The notes under the pieces are model-generated. The model ran no database searches. It saw nothing but the letters and a program-made list of their open reading frames with translations, and was not told the origin of the DNA. Shown piece by piece: positions 13,252-25,566 of a stretch of 64,000 nucleotides of DNA; positions within the stretch are counted from its first letter, which is position 1; every line of letters starts with the position of its first letter. Origin of the DNA: Octopus vulgaris (lineage: Eukaryota); assembly GCA_951406725.2 (NCBI GenBank), contig OX597820.1, positions 26,970,001-27,034,000 on the forward strand, read 5' to 3'. A program made the translations under genes and the position numbers.

Positions 13252-13449
13252 TGTAGACAAACAAGGACAGACAGACGCATTAAGTCGATTATATCGACCC
13301 CAGTGCGTAACTGGTACTTAATTTATCGACCCCGAAAGGATGAAAGGCAAAGTCGACCTCGGCGGAATTTGAACTCAGAACGCAAAGGCAGACGAAATAC
13401 CGCTAAGCATTTCGCCCGGCGTGCCAACGTTTCTGCCAGCACGCTGCCT
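13252..13449 (-). mobile_element. SINE family C (one unit), followed by a family A head fragment to about 13535
   Basis: Reverse complement of the family C head and Nin-like domain. Confidence 0.85.
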
Positions 13450-14243
13450 AGTAGAAGACACTTGCCCTAGGTAACACGCAGTGGGACTGGACTCGGAACC
13501 ATGTGGTTAGGAAGCAGGCTTCTTTACCACGCAGTCAAACGAGCGTGCATTTGTTTGAATTCCTGTAGCTTAACGGTTTTGTCAGATTGGCCATTTGAAA
13601 AACACCCGACTTAAAATAAACAAGTACTGGAGTGTATTTCATTGACTACACTCTTGAAAGCAGTGCAGCAGTACGGCTGCAGTAGAATGCCTGAGACATG
13701 TAAAAGAACAGAAAATAAATAAACGGACAGTAGTGAAACGAAAAGATATTTATTATGAACGTAAGTAGCTGGTGACGTAGGAATGAAAAATCCTGACCGA
13801 CATTTTGACACGGCGCACAGAAAATATGAGGATTTGCTATAGATATTTGACAGCGAAATAGGACGGCTTTAAAAATAGTAATTGTTTGTAGTTTTACATT
13901 TGAAATGTTTATACTGATGTTTGTCAATATTTATTAAATTTAAGTCTTTTTTTAAGATAATAATCCGGTGTCTTTCGTTATCATTTTTGCTGTCAAAACA
14001 ATCTATAAATTATAAAATGTACATACACACACGCTCACACACATACATATATGCATACACACACACACACAAAGTGAGAGAGAGAGATACATGTGTATAC
14101 ACATGGATGCAAAAACAGGCACATATAAATTAAGAGCTGTGAGTGCGTTTCCCACGCGTACTAAAGCCATATTTTTCCCTTTAGAGAAATTATATGCCCT
14201 ACTATGAGACTGTTTTCTATTGTGAATATACGAACTAAATTGA

Positions 14244-14638
14244 AGGCGGCGAGCTGGCAGAAACGTTAGCACGTCGAGCGAAATGCTTCGCGGTATTTCG
14301 TATTCCATTACGTTCTGAGTTCAAATTCCGCCGAGGTCGACATTGCCTTTCATCCTTTCGGGGTTGATTAAATAAGTACCAGTTACGCACTGCGGTCGAT
14401 ATAATCGACTTAATCCGTTTGTCTGTCCTTGTTTGTCCTCTCTGTGTTTAGCACCTTGCGGATAGTAAAGAAATAGATATTTCGTCTGCCGCTACGTTCT
14501 GAGTTGAAATTCCGCCGAGGTCGACTTTGCCTTTAATCCTTTTGGAGTCGACAAATTAAGTACCATTTACGTACTGGGTTAATCTAATCGACTGGCCCCC
14601 ACTCCCAAAATTTCGGGCCTTGTGCCTAGAATAGAAAA
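14244..14638 (+). mobile_element. SINE family C, two internal units
   Basis: Same organisation as 2824-3402. TSD GAATATACG(A/G)ACTAAATT at 14224-14241 and 14639-14656. Confidence 0.9.
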
Positions 14639-14719
14639 GAATATACGGACTAAATTTTCGATCGCCACCATTTTCTAATCCGTGTATGGTTCGCAATTGT
14701 TTACACATAAAATGTAATA

Positions 14720-14785
14720 TTGCTTCTGGGATTCGACCATGGCTTCTGCTATAAAGCGTATAGTTGTCCTAACCACTGCACCAAA
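14720..14785 (-). other. isolated tRNA-like Pol III head (decayed SINE or tRNA pseudogene)
   Basis: Minus strand has TGGTGCAGTGGTTAGG (A box) and GGTCGAATCCC (B box). No complete cloverleaf could be built. Confidence 0.45.
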
Positions 14786-15115
14786 GTGATGCTGCCTCTT
14801 TCGACTATCTAAATTGATAGGCTTTAAGTATATATGTTGACATACAATTGTCTTGTGAATGGAGATGACAGTCCACTCCGTATCAAGCTATGGCATAAGA
14901 CTCTGAAATGTTAAAAGTTGCAACATCGCCTGCATCATTCTCAAATATACACTCACCGGTGAAATAAGCCGATAGGCGACAATTGAAGTCCCTGTTAACT
15001 TGATCTTCACAATAAAATTGCCTACTCTCAGTATAGTGTCGCACCATCAGTAGATGTTTATTCTTAAACATGCATTAAAACAACATAGTTTTCACGTATA
15101 CAGTATACATAAATC

Positions 15116-15118
<3 letters not shown>

Positions 15119-15191
<73 letters not shown>

Positions 15192-15255
15192 CCTACCTAC
15201 CTACCTACCTACCTACCTACCTACCTACCTACCTACCTACCTATCTGTCTGTCTG
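15119..15255. repeat. (CTAT)n(CTAC)n tetranucleotide microsatellite
   Basis: Directly visible. Confidence 0.95.
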
Positions 15256-15349
15256 CACACATACCTAAGTAAATTAAATATACATGCGTATATGCATACA
15301 TCCATATACAAAAATATGTATGTAGGTACGTTTTCTGCATATATATATA

Positions 15350-15734
15350 CTAGCAGTATCGCCCGGCGTTGCTCAGGTTTGTAAGGGAAATAACTATAAA
15401 GCATTTTTAGAGAGTTATAGCCAAAAAATAGCAAAAAAATGGAAAAAAATGATGGTAAATTTTTTTTTGAGATTTAAAAAAGGTAGAGTTGCGTCCCCTA
15501 GACAGTTTGTGGTTCGTATTCCTGATTCTCGACCCCATGTCGAATTTATCGATTTTTTTCAGAACTGGGGGAACTTTTCAAAATTTTCGCTGCGTTAGTT
15601 TTGAATTATGACATTGGGCTATGTGTGTGTCAAGTTTCATCAGAATCGGTTGAAAGCCGTGGTCAGGGTGAGGGTACAAGCAAACAGACACACAGAAACA
15701 CGCACAGACAAACTGCCGTTTATATAGAGAGAGA
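15350..15734 (-). mobile_element. non-autonomous Helitron
   Basis: Minus strand starts TC(TC)n-TATATAAA and ends with the hairpin CCTGAGCAACGCCGGG followed by CTAG. Inserted between A and T, with no TSD. Confidence 0.75.
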
Positions 15735-16172
15735 TGTATATGTATATAATATAATATGTGTGTGCGTGTGTATTTATATACAGGCACACACACATATAAA
15801 AACACATGCACATACACAAATATTTACAGATGCCTATATACATATATAAAGCCGAGCTGTTAAGGGCCACGCTACAATATTGTGATATATTGTGTTCGAG
15901 AAATGGTGACGTTAATTCAGATAAAATGGAAAGACACTGACGCTTTTACACACATACAAAAATACGCACATACACACACACACACACTTACACACACGTT
16001 CACACACAGAAACAGATTACACACGTATAAATATATACTATGTAGCCTAAATAATTGTACTCGCATGAAACTATGATTAGGTATGCTTTGATTCGTCTCC
16101 TTTGCACAAATTACGATATATTTTGCACAGACGCATGTGCATACACACAGATGCGTACGCACACATGCACAC

Positions 16173-16232
<60 letters not shown>

Positions 16233-16748
16233 TCAGAGACTCATATATCACAATTTAAAGAAACAATTTCAGTGACCATTAATCAAATATCTTGTCAAAA
16301 TATTAATTAGACAAAATCTAGGTTATAAGTTGTACACTATTATTCCCTACCGTTGCCTTCTCTTCCTTCTCCTCGGTCATTTCCTCCTCATCCTCCTGCT
16401 CTTTTTCTCCCTCCGCCTCTCTCTCTTTAGAACCATGTATACTCGCACGTGTAGATGCACAAAATCCTTTGCCATTTTAAATCACGTTGCCGTATGTCAT
16501 TGTGTTAATTTTAAAGGGAGTCTGTTGGGGTTAAAGACATAATTGGTAGACTGCCATAGAAATTTTACTGTTATTTTAAGCTCTATTTCTTTATGTTCTG
16601 TGTTCAGATTCTACCAATTTTTAATTTATCTGTCACTCTTCAATCGTAAATAAAATATCTAAATACCATACAGATTTAATCGCTTATATCCCTCACACAG
16701 ATGTGAAGTGTAGTACCTAAGTTGTAAATAATCCTTATTAGTAGCCAT

Positions 16749-17164
16749 AGGCGCAGGAGTGGTAAGTAGCTTGCTTACCAACCACATGGTTCCGGGTTCA
16801 ATCCCACTGCGTGGCACCTTGGACAAAGTGTCTTCTACTATAGCCTCGGGCCGACCAAAGCCTTGTGAGTGGATTTTGTAGACGGAAACTGAAAGAAGCC
16901 CGTCGTATACATGTATATATATATATATGTGTGTGTGTATGTATGTGTGTATGTTTGTGTGTCTGTGTTTGTCCTCTTAGCATTGCTTGACCACCGATGC
17001 TGGTGTGTTTATGTCCCCGTAACTTCGCGGTTCGGCAAAAGAAACCGATAGAATAAGAACTAGGCTTACAAGGAATAAGCTCTGTGGTCGATTTGCTCGA
17101 CTAAAGGCGGTGCTCCAGCATGGCCGCAGTCAAATGACTGAAGCAAGTAAAAGAGTAAAAGAGT
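16749..17164 (+). mobile_element. SINE family A
   Basis: Full-length forward copy. Confidence 0.9.
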
Positions 17165-17175
17165 AGTAGTAAAAA

Positions 17176-17372
17176 GGTGGTGAGCTGGCAGATCCCTTAA
17201 CACATCGGGTAAAATGCTTCTAAGCATTTCGTCCGTCTTTACGTTCCGAGTTCAAATTCCGCGGAGGTCAACTTTTCTTTCCATTATTTCGGGGTCAATA
17301 AAATAAGTACCAGTCGTTGTAATCGATTAATTCCTCCCCCAAATTTCAGGCCTTGTGCCTATAGTAGAAAGT
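17176..17372 (+). mobile_element. SINE family C, diverged monomer
   Basis: GGTGGTGAGCTGGCAGA head and CCTTGTGCCTATAGTAGAAA tail. Confidence 0.8.
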
Positions 17373-18129
17373 GGTTAGGAAGAAACCTTCTTACCACACA
17401 GCATTATCTGCACCTATTTGTATCATTCAACTACGGTAGTAGTTGAATAATATTCTTAAAGTCGCAATTTACTCGCACGCAGCATCTTCAGATTTGGTCG
17501 CTAATTCAGTTCTTAACCATATTGGAAAATGTTAACATTTTTGAAGAGGACTGGTCCCTAGTTACATTTTGGTATAAAAAAATTGAGATTTGATCTAGTA
17601 GAAAAAAGTTTATATCAAAATTTGTAGCAACGTTATAGGAAAGTAACTAACACCACCAATCAAGTTTAGATCTAAATAACTTTTTTTTATTTTAAAAGCA
17701 AAGTATATTTGTCTTGGCTTTAATGATAGAAGAAGGCATGAGGAATTCCATAGTTTAGTTCCCATGCAACAAAAATTTGTATAAAAAAGTTGTGAGGTAA
17801 GATATCTTGAAGGCAAAAAATCAGATTTAAGTATAATTAACTTTATTTTAAAAGCAAACTATATTTTGATTAAGCTTAAATGATAGAGCTCAATTCAAGG
17901 AATTTCATGGTATCAATCTCATGCAATGAAGTATAAAAAGAAAAAAGTTATGAGTGTTTGTTTCTCAAATTTGAGGATGATAATATAGTTTTATACATTT
18001 TATGAATATAGTTCTATAAGGGGACTTTTAATATATGTCACCGGCGTCATTGAGGTAAGGAAAAAATTATCAACGACACCGCTAATTGACACATTTGACA
18101 CATTTTTAAGTAGCATAATAGCATAATGG

Positions 18130-18697
18130 ATTACATGATAAAGTATGAGTAGCAGAAATAATATTCTTAAGATTATAAACATGGAAAATTACAAGACAAG
18201 TTATTACACTTAGAAAAGTTCAGAACAATTTATTATATCTGGTAAAGAACAGAACAAGAAAATTTTTACTTAAAATATTGCAGCTAAGGATAAAATTTCA
18301 AATAAAATATTTAGATTTAGAAAATATTAGCTTTTATTAAAACTAAAAATGTTATCACAAATTCTATTTGTTACTGAATATTTTTAAAGTGCAAAAAATA
18401 TTTTAATTGAATTATTTAAAATTTTTAATAGAAGTAACAGGTAATAACAAATAGAAGTAATAACTTGTAATAAAATTTTTGGTTTTAATAAAAGCTAATG
18501 TTTTTTTCAAATCTAAATATTTTATTTGAAATTTTATCCTTAACTACAATATTTTAAGTAAAAATTTTCTTGTTCTGTACTTTACTATATGTAATAAGCT
18601 GTCCTGAACTTTTCCAAGTGTAATAACGCATCCTGTTATTTTCCAGGTTTTTAATCTTAAGAATATTATTTCTCTTGCTTGCATATTTCCATGTAAT
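18130..18697. repeat. about 570 bp imperfect AT-rich inverted repeat (foldback)
   Basis: Arms of about 250 bp. AAGAAAATTTTTACTTAAAATATTG pairs with CAATATTTTAAGTAAAAATTTTCTT, and GGATAAAATTTCAAATAAAATATTTAGATTT pairs with its reverse complement. The right end abuts (TA)n. Confidence 0.85.
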
Positions 18698-18904
18698 ATA
18701 TATATATATATATAATTATTATTTGAGGGAATATAAATCCAAACTTACAGGGAAAATTTTTTTTGCAATTTACTTAATCATTGATATTTTACTGTTATTA
18801 TAATTTTAATATTTCTATTATATGTAATTTTCTAGATGGTGTAATTTAATTGTTCATTTTGCATTGATAAAGGTGGTTTTTTTCTAATTTTATATATATA
18901 TATA

Positions 18905-19107
18905 AAGTATGTGTCCTCGTCTTTATCACTAGCGATTTTTTTCCCCTGTCTTCCTTTCTCGGGATCTTTCCTTCTCCTATGTTTCCGAAGAAAAGCTCCG
19001 CTCGAAACGTCAAACCCTCCTTCTTCCCTTCTTTCCTGAGCGTCCAATAATACTTTATTTGTTCCACGTCCTTGCGTTGTTGTTTTTTTGTTTTCTTGTT
19101 TGGATTA

Positions 19108-19112
<5 letters not shown>
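18905..19112 (+). mobile_element. about 210 bp (TA)n-embedded element carrying an HHR (PLE pLTR-like)
   Basis: TA runs on both sides, HHR at 18981-19015, and a CCTGAGCGT..TAATAC block plus T-rich end shared with the 9788/38641 family. Confidence 0.75.
18981..19015 (+). ncRNA. minimal type I hammerhead ribozyme motif
   Basis: GUUU-CCGAAGA-A-AAGC-UCC-GCUC-GAAAC-GUC-AAAC: stem I GUUU/AAAC, GUC cleavage triplet, one mismatch in stem II. Confidence 0.7.
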
Positions 19113-19174
<62 letters not shown>

Positions 19175-19189
19175 GTGTGTGTGTGTCTG

Positions 19190-19790
19190 TGTTTAACAAA
19201 TCAAATGGGTGGTTTATTAGCAATTTGAAAAGTAACGGAGGGTACTGACCAGCACCAGTTATTGCTAGGAACAAGAGTTAAAATAACTCAAAATCCACTC
19301 AATAACTGAAAAAGGGAGGTAAGTCCCCAGTTATATAGCTGGATCGAACGATTTCGGATTTTGATGCATAGCATCTTAATCCGCGTCAGCGACTCTTAAC
19401 GCGTAGGGTTAAACTCAATTATCTCTGTCAATCTTATAAGAAAAACCGCTGAAAACCTCTGCTGATTTCCAAAGCGGTAAGAGTGTAAAAACAAAATAAA
19501 TGGGTGGATATTTAGCAATTTGAACCTAAAGGCAAAATTAATAGAGGTCACAAAAGTAACCGAGGATACTGACCAGCCCCAGTTATTGCTAGAAACAAGA
19601 GTTATAAGCAATATTTTGGACTTTGGATATAAGTTTATTAAAGCACTTTCACCATTTAGGCTACCTGATGTCATCCATAGTTATGATATAATTGTCACTG
19701 GATCTACGTCAGAAATTCCTTAGTGTTCGTTGAGCTTATATTATCAGTATAGCGAACGTCCTATGGTAACCACAACATGTCAAGAAAAAT
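19190..19790 (-). mobile_element. decayed Penelope-like element 3' end with partial tandem duplication
   Basis: Direct repeat 19195-19281 versus 19490-19604. The minus frame reads IGRS..KLNEH ... GESALINLYPK (GIY-YIG-like C-terminus) upstream of an HHR-like motif, and the element ends at (TG)n/(TA)n. Confidence 0.5.
19344..19392 (-). ncRNA. hammerhead-like motif (degenerate)
   Basis: Minus strand reads UCG-CUGACGC-GGAUU-AA-GAUGC-UAU-GCAUC-AA-AAUCC-GAAAUC-GUU-CGA. The core has an A9C change. Confidence 0.5.
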
Positions 19791-20971
19791 TGAGTACATG
19801 TAGCAAAAGTAACTTATTTAAAACGAGACACCTTATGAGATGCAGCCTGCACTGATGGATGCAACACAGCTAGCTGCACAATGTCCCACCCGGAAGGGAC
19901 AGGTGCGGGATGGGTCGAAACGATCGTTGTGTTGAATAAAGATTCTTGCTAACTCCATTTTTCGTTCTCCTCATTCATTAAGTACATAATAAAAAAATTA
20001 AAAATTAAAAAAAATCCAAATATTTGTTTGTTTACATTTATGAATACATGGTTGTTCTATAAAGCTAAAGTATTTAGCATCTAATACAGTGGCCAGGTTA
20101 TCGTAAAGATAAAACATCCAGCCGGAGTATTTGAAGGAAATGGCTTCGAGTCCCATAGCTGAGTGTTGACAAATTTTTCCGTCTAACAGCAACTCTGCGT
20201 TCAAAAAAATATAATCCTCTTATTTGTATCGTACAACACACCTTTCGATGCTTCTAATAATAAAACAAATATGTTTGTTTACATTTATACACACACATAT
20301 GTAGTGCGTGTATGTAGGTGAACGCGAACGTTGTATCGTTAAAACAAAGTTGAGCTCAAATAGATGAGAACTTAAAATCCAAGCTCACCATCAAGAGCTA
20401 GCGCCTCCGTAGCAAATATTAGCTGTAAGAACAATCTTTATCGAAGTGTTATAGAAGTAGAAAGGTAGATATTCGCAAGTAGGCTTAAAGTATGTAGTTA
20501 CATGGAATAATACAAGGTAGAGCTTACAGAATAAAGAAGACAAAAGGCATTATGTAAAGCCTTAATCTCGACAGCTGTTTCGGGAGTACCATAGCTTGTG
20601 CTGCAACCATATTGATTCGCAGTATGCACATGATGACTTACTCGGGTATAGGATCATAAATTCTAATGAAAATGTTAAGTTAAATCAAGAGAAGAATGAC
20701 AAATGCATATTTCATAGTAGTTTTTAACAAATATAAAAGTTTAAAGAGGACCAATTAGGATGGTGAAACCGGTGTTCGAGGAAGCTGGGGCAATAGTTCA
20801 AGAGATGGAATGGTTAAAAAGGAAATGTGAGATGAGAATAGCAGCACACCCTACCGTTTTTGTGGTGTGGTTCAGTCTTAGATATACAGTATCTAAAGAT
20901 ATACGGGATGGCTGCGGGTGAAACGCCTCTTCTCATTGCTCTGCTAAGTCAGGGCTGAACTTGAGGCTAAA

Positions 20972-21139
<168 letters not shown>

Positions 21140-22034
21140 TAAAAGCAATGATCCTCTGACGGATTGTGCTTTGTGGTAGTTTTGACTGCTAGAAATCTCA
21201 TCACACCATGTGTTTTATAAAGAAAAGGAAAAATTCCAGAAGCACTGTCTTTAATTAAAAAACAGACGGGATGGTGATGGGCACAACGCCTAGCAACGAA
21301 AACGATTTTCTTTTCATTTTTATCCAAGGACGAAAGACCTTGACTTCAATTCGCTGCATACAAAATGTTGTACATATATCCAGTCTAATTTCAAAGATAT
21401 GCTGTTTATAGCATATATAATTCAGTACACATTGATGTACTGAATTGGAAATTCAACAAGATAAAGTTACTGAAACCAGATCAACACGAGCGCTTGGAAC
21501 TTTCTGGAAGGTAGCCGACAGCAAAACAGAATTTCTGAATTCTGAGCAGTACTAATATGTTAGCATAGCAAAGCATGCGGATAACAAACTAAACGTTTAG
21601 CAATTAAGTGTGAAAGTTTCGTATTTATTCATGCAGACTTAAGTTGAGGTTTAAGACAAATGGAAAGAAGCGTTATGGCGAGGTGGTTATGAAATTCATT
21701 TTTCAACTACTTGGTTGTAAGGTTCGTTCTCAGGATGTGGAAGCTTTTGTAAGTGACTTCGAAAATAGCTTCAGTTCGACCGAAGCATTGTGAATGAAGT
21801 ATTATGATAGATGAAAATGTGTGTAGGTCCGTAGGAATCGTTCCTGTTCTGTGGGGTTTATCTTTTGTTCCTTTTTGACACTTCAGTGACTAAGATGCCA
21901 CACTGAAAATGCGCCAAGCCATCGGCATCGCCAAGTCATTGTCATCGTCAGAGAGAAAAATATCCCCAACTAAACATTGGTAATAAAAAAACAAAAAGCA
22001 ATAACTGAAATATTTGTTAATTATTCTTGTATTG

Positions 22035-22270
22035 TTTTACTTGTTTCAGCCATTGTTTTGCAGCCAGGCTGAGACACTCCTTCGAAGGGATTGGTCAAAC
22101 AATTCGACTTCAGTTTGATAATTTCTCTATCATTCTTTGTTGAACCGCTAGATCAGTGAGATGTTCGGGACTATATTAAATGACACTTACCGAAGGTACC
22201 GCACAGTATGACTAAACTTGAAGCCACGTAGTTACGGAGTGTACTCCTTAATAATACAGCCACGTCTGCG
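22035..22270 (-). mobile_element. old diverged SINE family A copy
   Basis: Recognisable TTTTACTTGTTTCAG tail, GAACCGCTA and TACAGCCAC head remnants. Confidence 0.65.
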
Positions 22271-22987
22271 ACTGAAGCATCAGCATAAAATAGCAGCAGT
22301 AGAAACGTTTGTAACGAAATACGAACTCATAATGGTCTACCACTTTATCTGTCTATTTAGAACATTTGTATTTAGTTGAGTTTCAGGATGTGTTCAAAAT
22401 TATTCCGGCTGTCAAAAATTCCAACAACTAGATTTAAGTACAACCACTTTGACCTACATAACAGCAGAAACAAGTAGAAAATAAAACCAAATAAACAAGC
22501 AAACACAACACGAAAGCCTTGACATCCGATACTGAGAATCATTTGAAAATTCATCCGTCTGTTTGGAACAACAACAACAAAAATATCTGAATAGACTATA
22601 ATTGGTTACATAGATTTTGGTCGTGTTTTAATATCCAGTAAGAGCTTCGTTTATATTTATACTAGTAATGATAGCTTGTTTTTACTGAAAATGATTGAAC
22701 GTCGCACCATCTCACTTCCTCTAATTAAAAACTTGGCACTAAGCTTAATTATAAAACATTATTAACTAAGGAATCTTTATGTAGGCGTTCTACTTTCTCT
22801 AACTACCCTATCTACCCTCAAATTTTACTCCATCGTCTTCAGAAAGTATTTAAAAAATGAAGACGTGGAGTAATATGGTTAGTCTTAGGTTTACAACCCA
22901 CCTCGATGTCCAGTCCTTGTAGTGTAGAGACTTGCGTGTCTCAATGACTTCCTTGCTCAACAGGACGGAGGGCAAATTAGTATAAAC

Positions 22988-23390
22988 TATCTTTTATCTT
23001 TTATTCGTTTCAGTCATTTGACTGCAGTCATGCTGAATTTTAGTCGAACAAACGACTTATTTTTTAGTCGAACGCTACGACTTATTTTTTAAGCCTTGTA
23101 CTTATTATATCAGTCTCTTTTGCCGAACCGCTAAGTTACGGCAATGTAAACACATCACCACTGATTGTCAAGCGGTAGTGGGGAATATAAATGCGCACAG
23201 AGATACACAGTCATAGATATACATACATAGGCTTCTTTCAGTTTCCGTCCACCAAATCTACTCACAATGCTTTGGTCGGCCCTATGTTATAGTATAAGTC
23301 ACTTGCCCAAGTTTGCCACGCGGTGGGAGCGAACTCGGAACCATGTGGTTGAAAAGCAAGCTTCTTACCACACAGCCACGCCTCCGCCTA
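22988..23390 (-). mobile_element. SINE family A
   Basis: Reverse copy with a small internal duplication (TTTTTAGTCGAAC..CGACTTATTTTT twice). Confidence 0.85.
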
Positions 23391-23424
23391 TAGTATATGC
23401 AGTCTCGTCTACCCGGAAGTAAAA

Positions 23425-23770
23425 GTAGGTTTGCGTACAGCCAACACCCCTACCTAGAAAAAGCAAGGTGACAGAAGCATCGATGACAATTCAAGGCCAA
23501 CAAGACTTGAGATACGAAGGCCTTCCCTCAGGAAAAACATGATATGGCGTGGCAAATTCCGAAACGAAAACAATATTTTGCACAACGCGTTAGGCCATAA
23601 CATGGAAGCCACAAAAGAAGTGAAAGAGAGAATGTTCTGAAAATAGATACTGAAGCAGAGGTGACAAAATAGGAATCCAATTGGAGAGAAGAAAAGAAAG
23701 CCCAAAGCTGAGACCACCGGAGAAAAATTGTGACGACCTATACTCCACCGGGGGCAATTTGCTTAAGTAG
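23425..23770 (+). mobile_element. internally deleted RTE-like element
   Basis: AAGCATCGATGACAATTCAA..CCAACAAGAC.TGAGA is shared with 40530-40600, and it has an RTE-like 3' end (IV.DLYSTG..CTTAAG). Confidence 0.5.
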
Positions 23771-23886
23771 ATACACATTAAATGATAAACAGCAGGATGG
23801 TTATAAATTGAATGTCGATGATCATAAATCTGTTCAGCTGATCTAGAGCTAAGTCAAACAACAAGGCAGGAATTATTATCTGTTTA

Positions 23887-24470
23887 GGAGACATTAGCAC
23901 GCATCTACAAATGAATTGTTCGCTGATTTCTGCAAACAAGAACGCGTGCACTTATTAAATACATCTGTCCGAGGAAGTAGTTACGAGTGAGGAGACATAC
24001 AACAAGGTGGAAAAAACCACGGTGTCTCGAAGTCCTCTTACTGTGGTGTGTTGTGAACACACATCGTCTAAAGAGATGAAAGTTCTTTGTTGACGAAAAG
24101 GAACGGCGATGAGGACATCACGTTCGAATCTGCGAGAACATATTAAGAATAAATAGATACGTTATGTTTGGATTCTCGCTGTTCTGCGTGCACCCCGTGG
24201 GTTGTTGCCTTCTTGTCAGACATCAGCACGTATTAACAAATAATTTGCTTGCTGATTGCTCTAAACAAATAAAGGTGCTTTTGTTAGATTCATCGGACGA
24301 GCGGAGGAGCTTCGACTGAGGAGACACGCAATGAGGTAGAAACACCGTCATGTCTCGATACCTCGTTACACCGATGAATTACGGGGAGAAGGTGTTCTAT
24401 TTTAACGATAAACAACATCGATCAGATATTCACAGACGAATCTGCCAGAACTTATTAAGTACGAACGTCA
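23887..24470. repeat. diverged tandem duplication (about 330 bp period) of an unclassified repeat
   Basis: GACAT.AGCACG, GCTGATT, GAGGAGACA..TGTCTCGA and CGAATCTGC.AGAAC.TATTAAG occur in both units. Confidence 0.75.
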
Positions 24471-24695
24471 ATATTATGATTATCAGCGAAAACATTTACT
24501 CAAATTCTATTCCCTAATGTTCTTTTTCGCTCCTTGAAAATTCCCACGTTTACTGTCAATGTAAACAATAATAAATGTTACTGTTTACAAGTAATGTGGC
24601 TTGTAAACCGGATGAAATTACACTTGATGACGATAAGGTCAGACTAGCGATCAAAGTTCGAGTAAAGTTTACACTACTGCTGCTATTACTACTCG

Positions 24696-24757
<62 letters not shown>

Positions 24758-24801
24758 GTTACTGTTTCATTATTTGTGTATGTGTATGTATGTATATACA
24801 T

Positions 24802-24945
24802 TCTTTTATTCTTTTAATTGTTTCAGTTATTTGAGTGCGGCCATGCTGGAGCACCGCTTTTAGTCGAACAAGTCGACACTTGCCGAAGGTTCCACGCAGT
24901 GGGACTGAACCCAAAACCATGTGGTTAGTAAGCTACTTACCACAC
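24802..24945 (-). mobile_element. SINE family A with the central part deleted
   Basis: Tail joined directly to head at GTCGAC/GACACTTG. Confidence 0.8.
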
Positions 24946-25145
24946 AAGAGTTTGTTTTTCATGTTATTGTTTTTATGGTTTCGCTTCTCATTGTGTTCAA
25001 CGTTTTTTTTTATGTACCCATATATGCATGTATATATACATATATATATATATATGTAGGTATGTACATATATGTATATATGCATATATTTATATATTAT
25101 TTATATTATTATATGATCGAACGTCACGCATCCTTTTCCAAGTAA

Positions 25146-25182
<37 letters not shown>

Positions 25183-25186
<4 letters not shown>

Positions 25187-25277
25187 AAAAAAGAAGTTTG
25201 AAAACGCCACTATATTAGATAAATTTTAATTTTACATGTTTCGGTTCTTGAAAAAACGAACCTTATCAAAAAAAAAA
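25183..25277 (-). mobile_element. short (TA)n-embedded fragment with a degenerate HHR
   Basis: Minus strand reads UUUU-UUGAUAA-GGUUC-loop-GAACC-GAAAC-AU-GUA-AAAU (25231-25272). TA runs on both sides. Confidence 0.55.
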
Positions 25278-25505
25278 TATATATATATATATATATATGC
25301 GTGTGTGTGTGTATGTGTGTGTGTGTGTGTGTTTGTGTGTGTATTGCTATGTCTTTTGATTGTAAGTCATCTTAATGCTCAATTTTCTGTCCTCTGAGTG
25401 GATTGGAATAGCAATAAGTATAGTACTTGGACCAAGGGTGAGCTACGTCAATCTGGACTCTCATTGATTAACAACTCACACCATTGTCATGAATGTATGT
25501 ATGAA

Positions 25506-25566
<61 letters not shown>

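Noticed and set aside
17670-17960. Diverged direct duplication of about 165 bp
   Set aside because: It is real but AT-rich with no termini or function evident, and is probably internal to an old DNA element.
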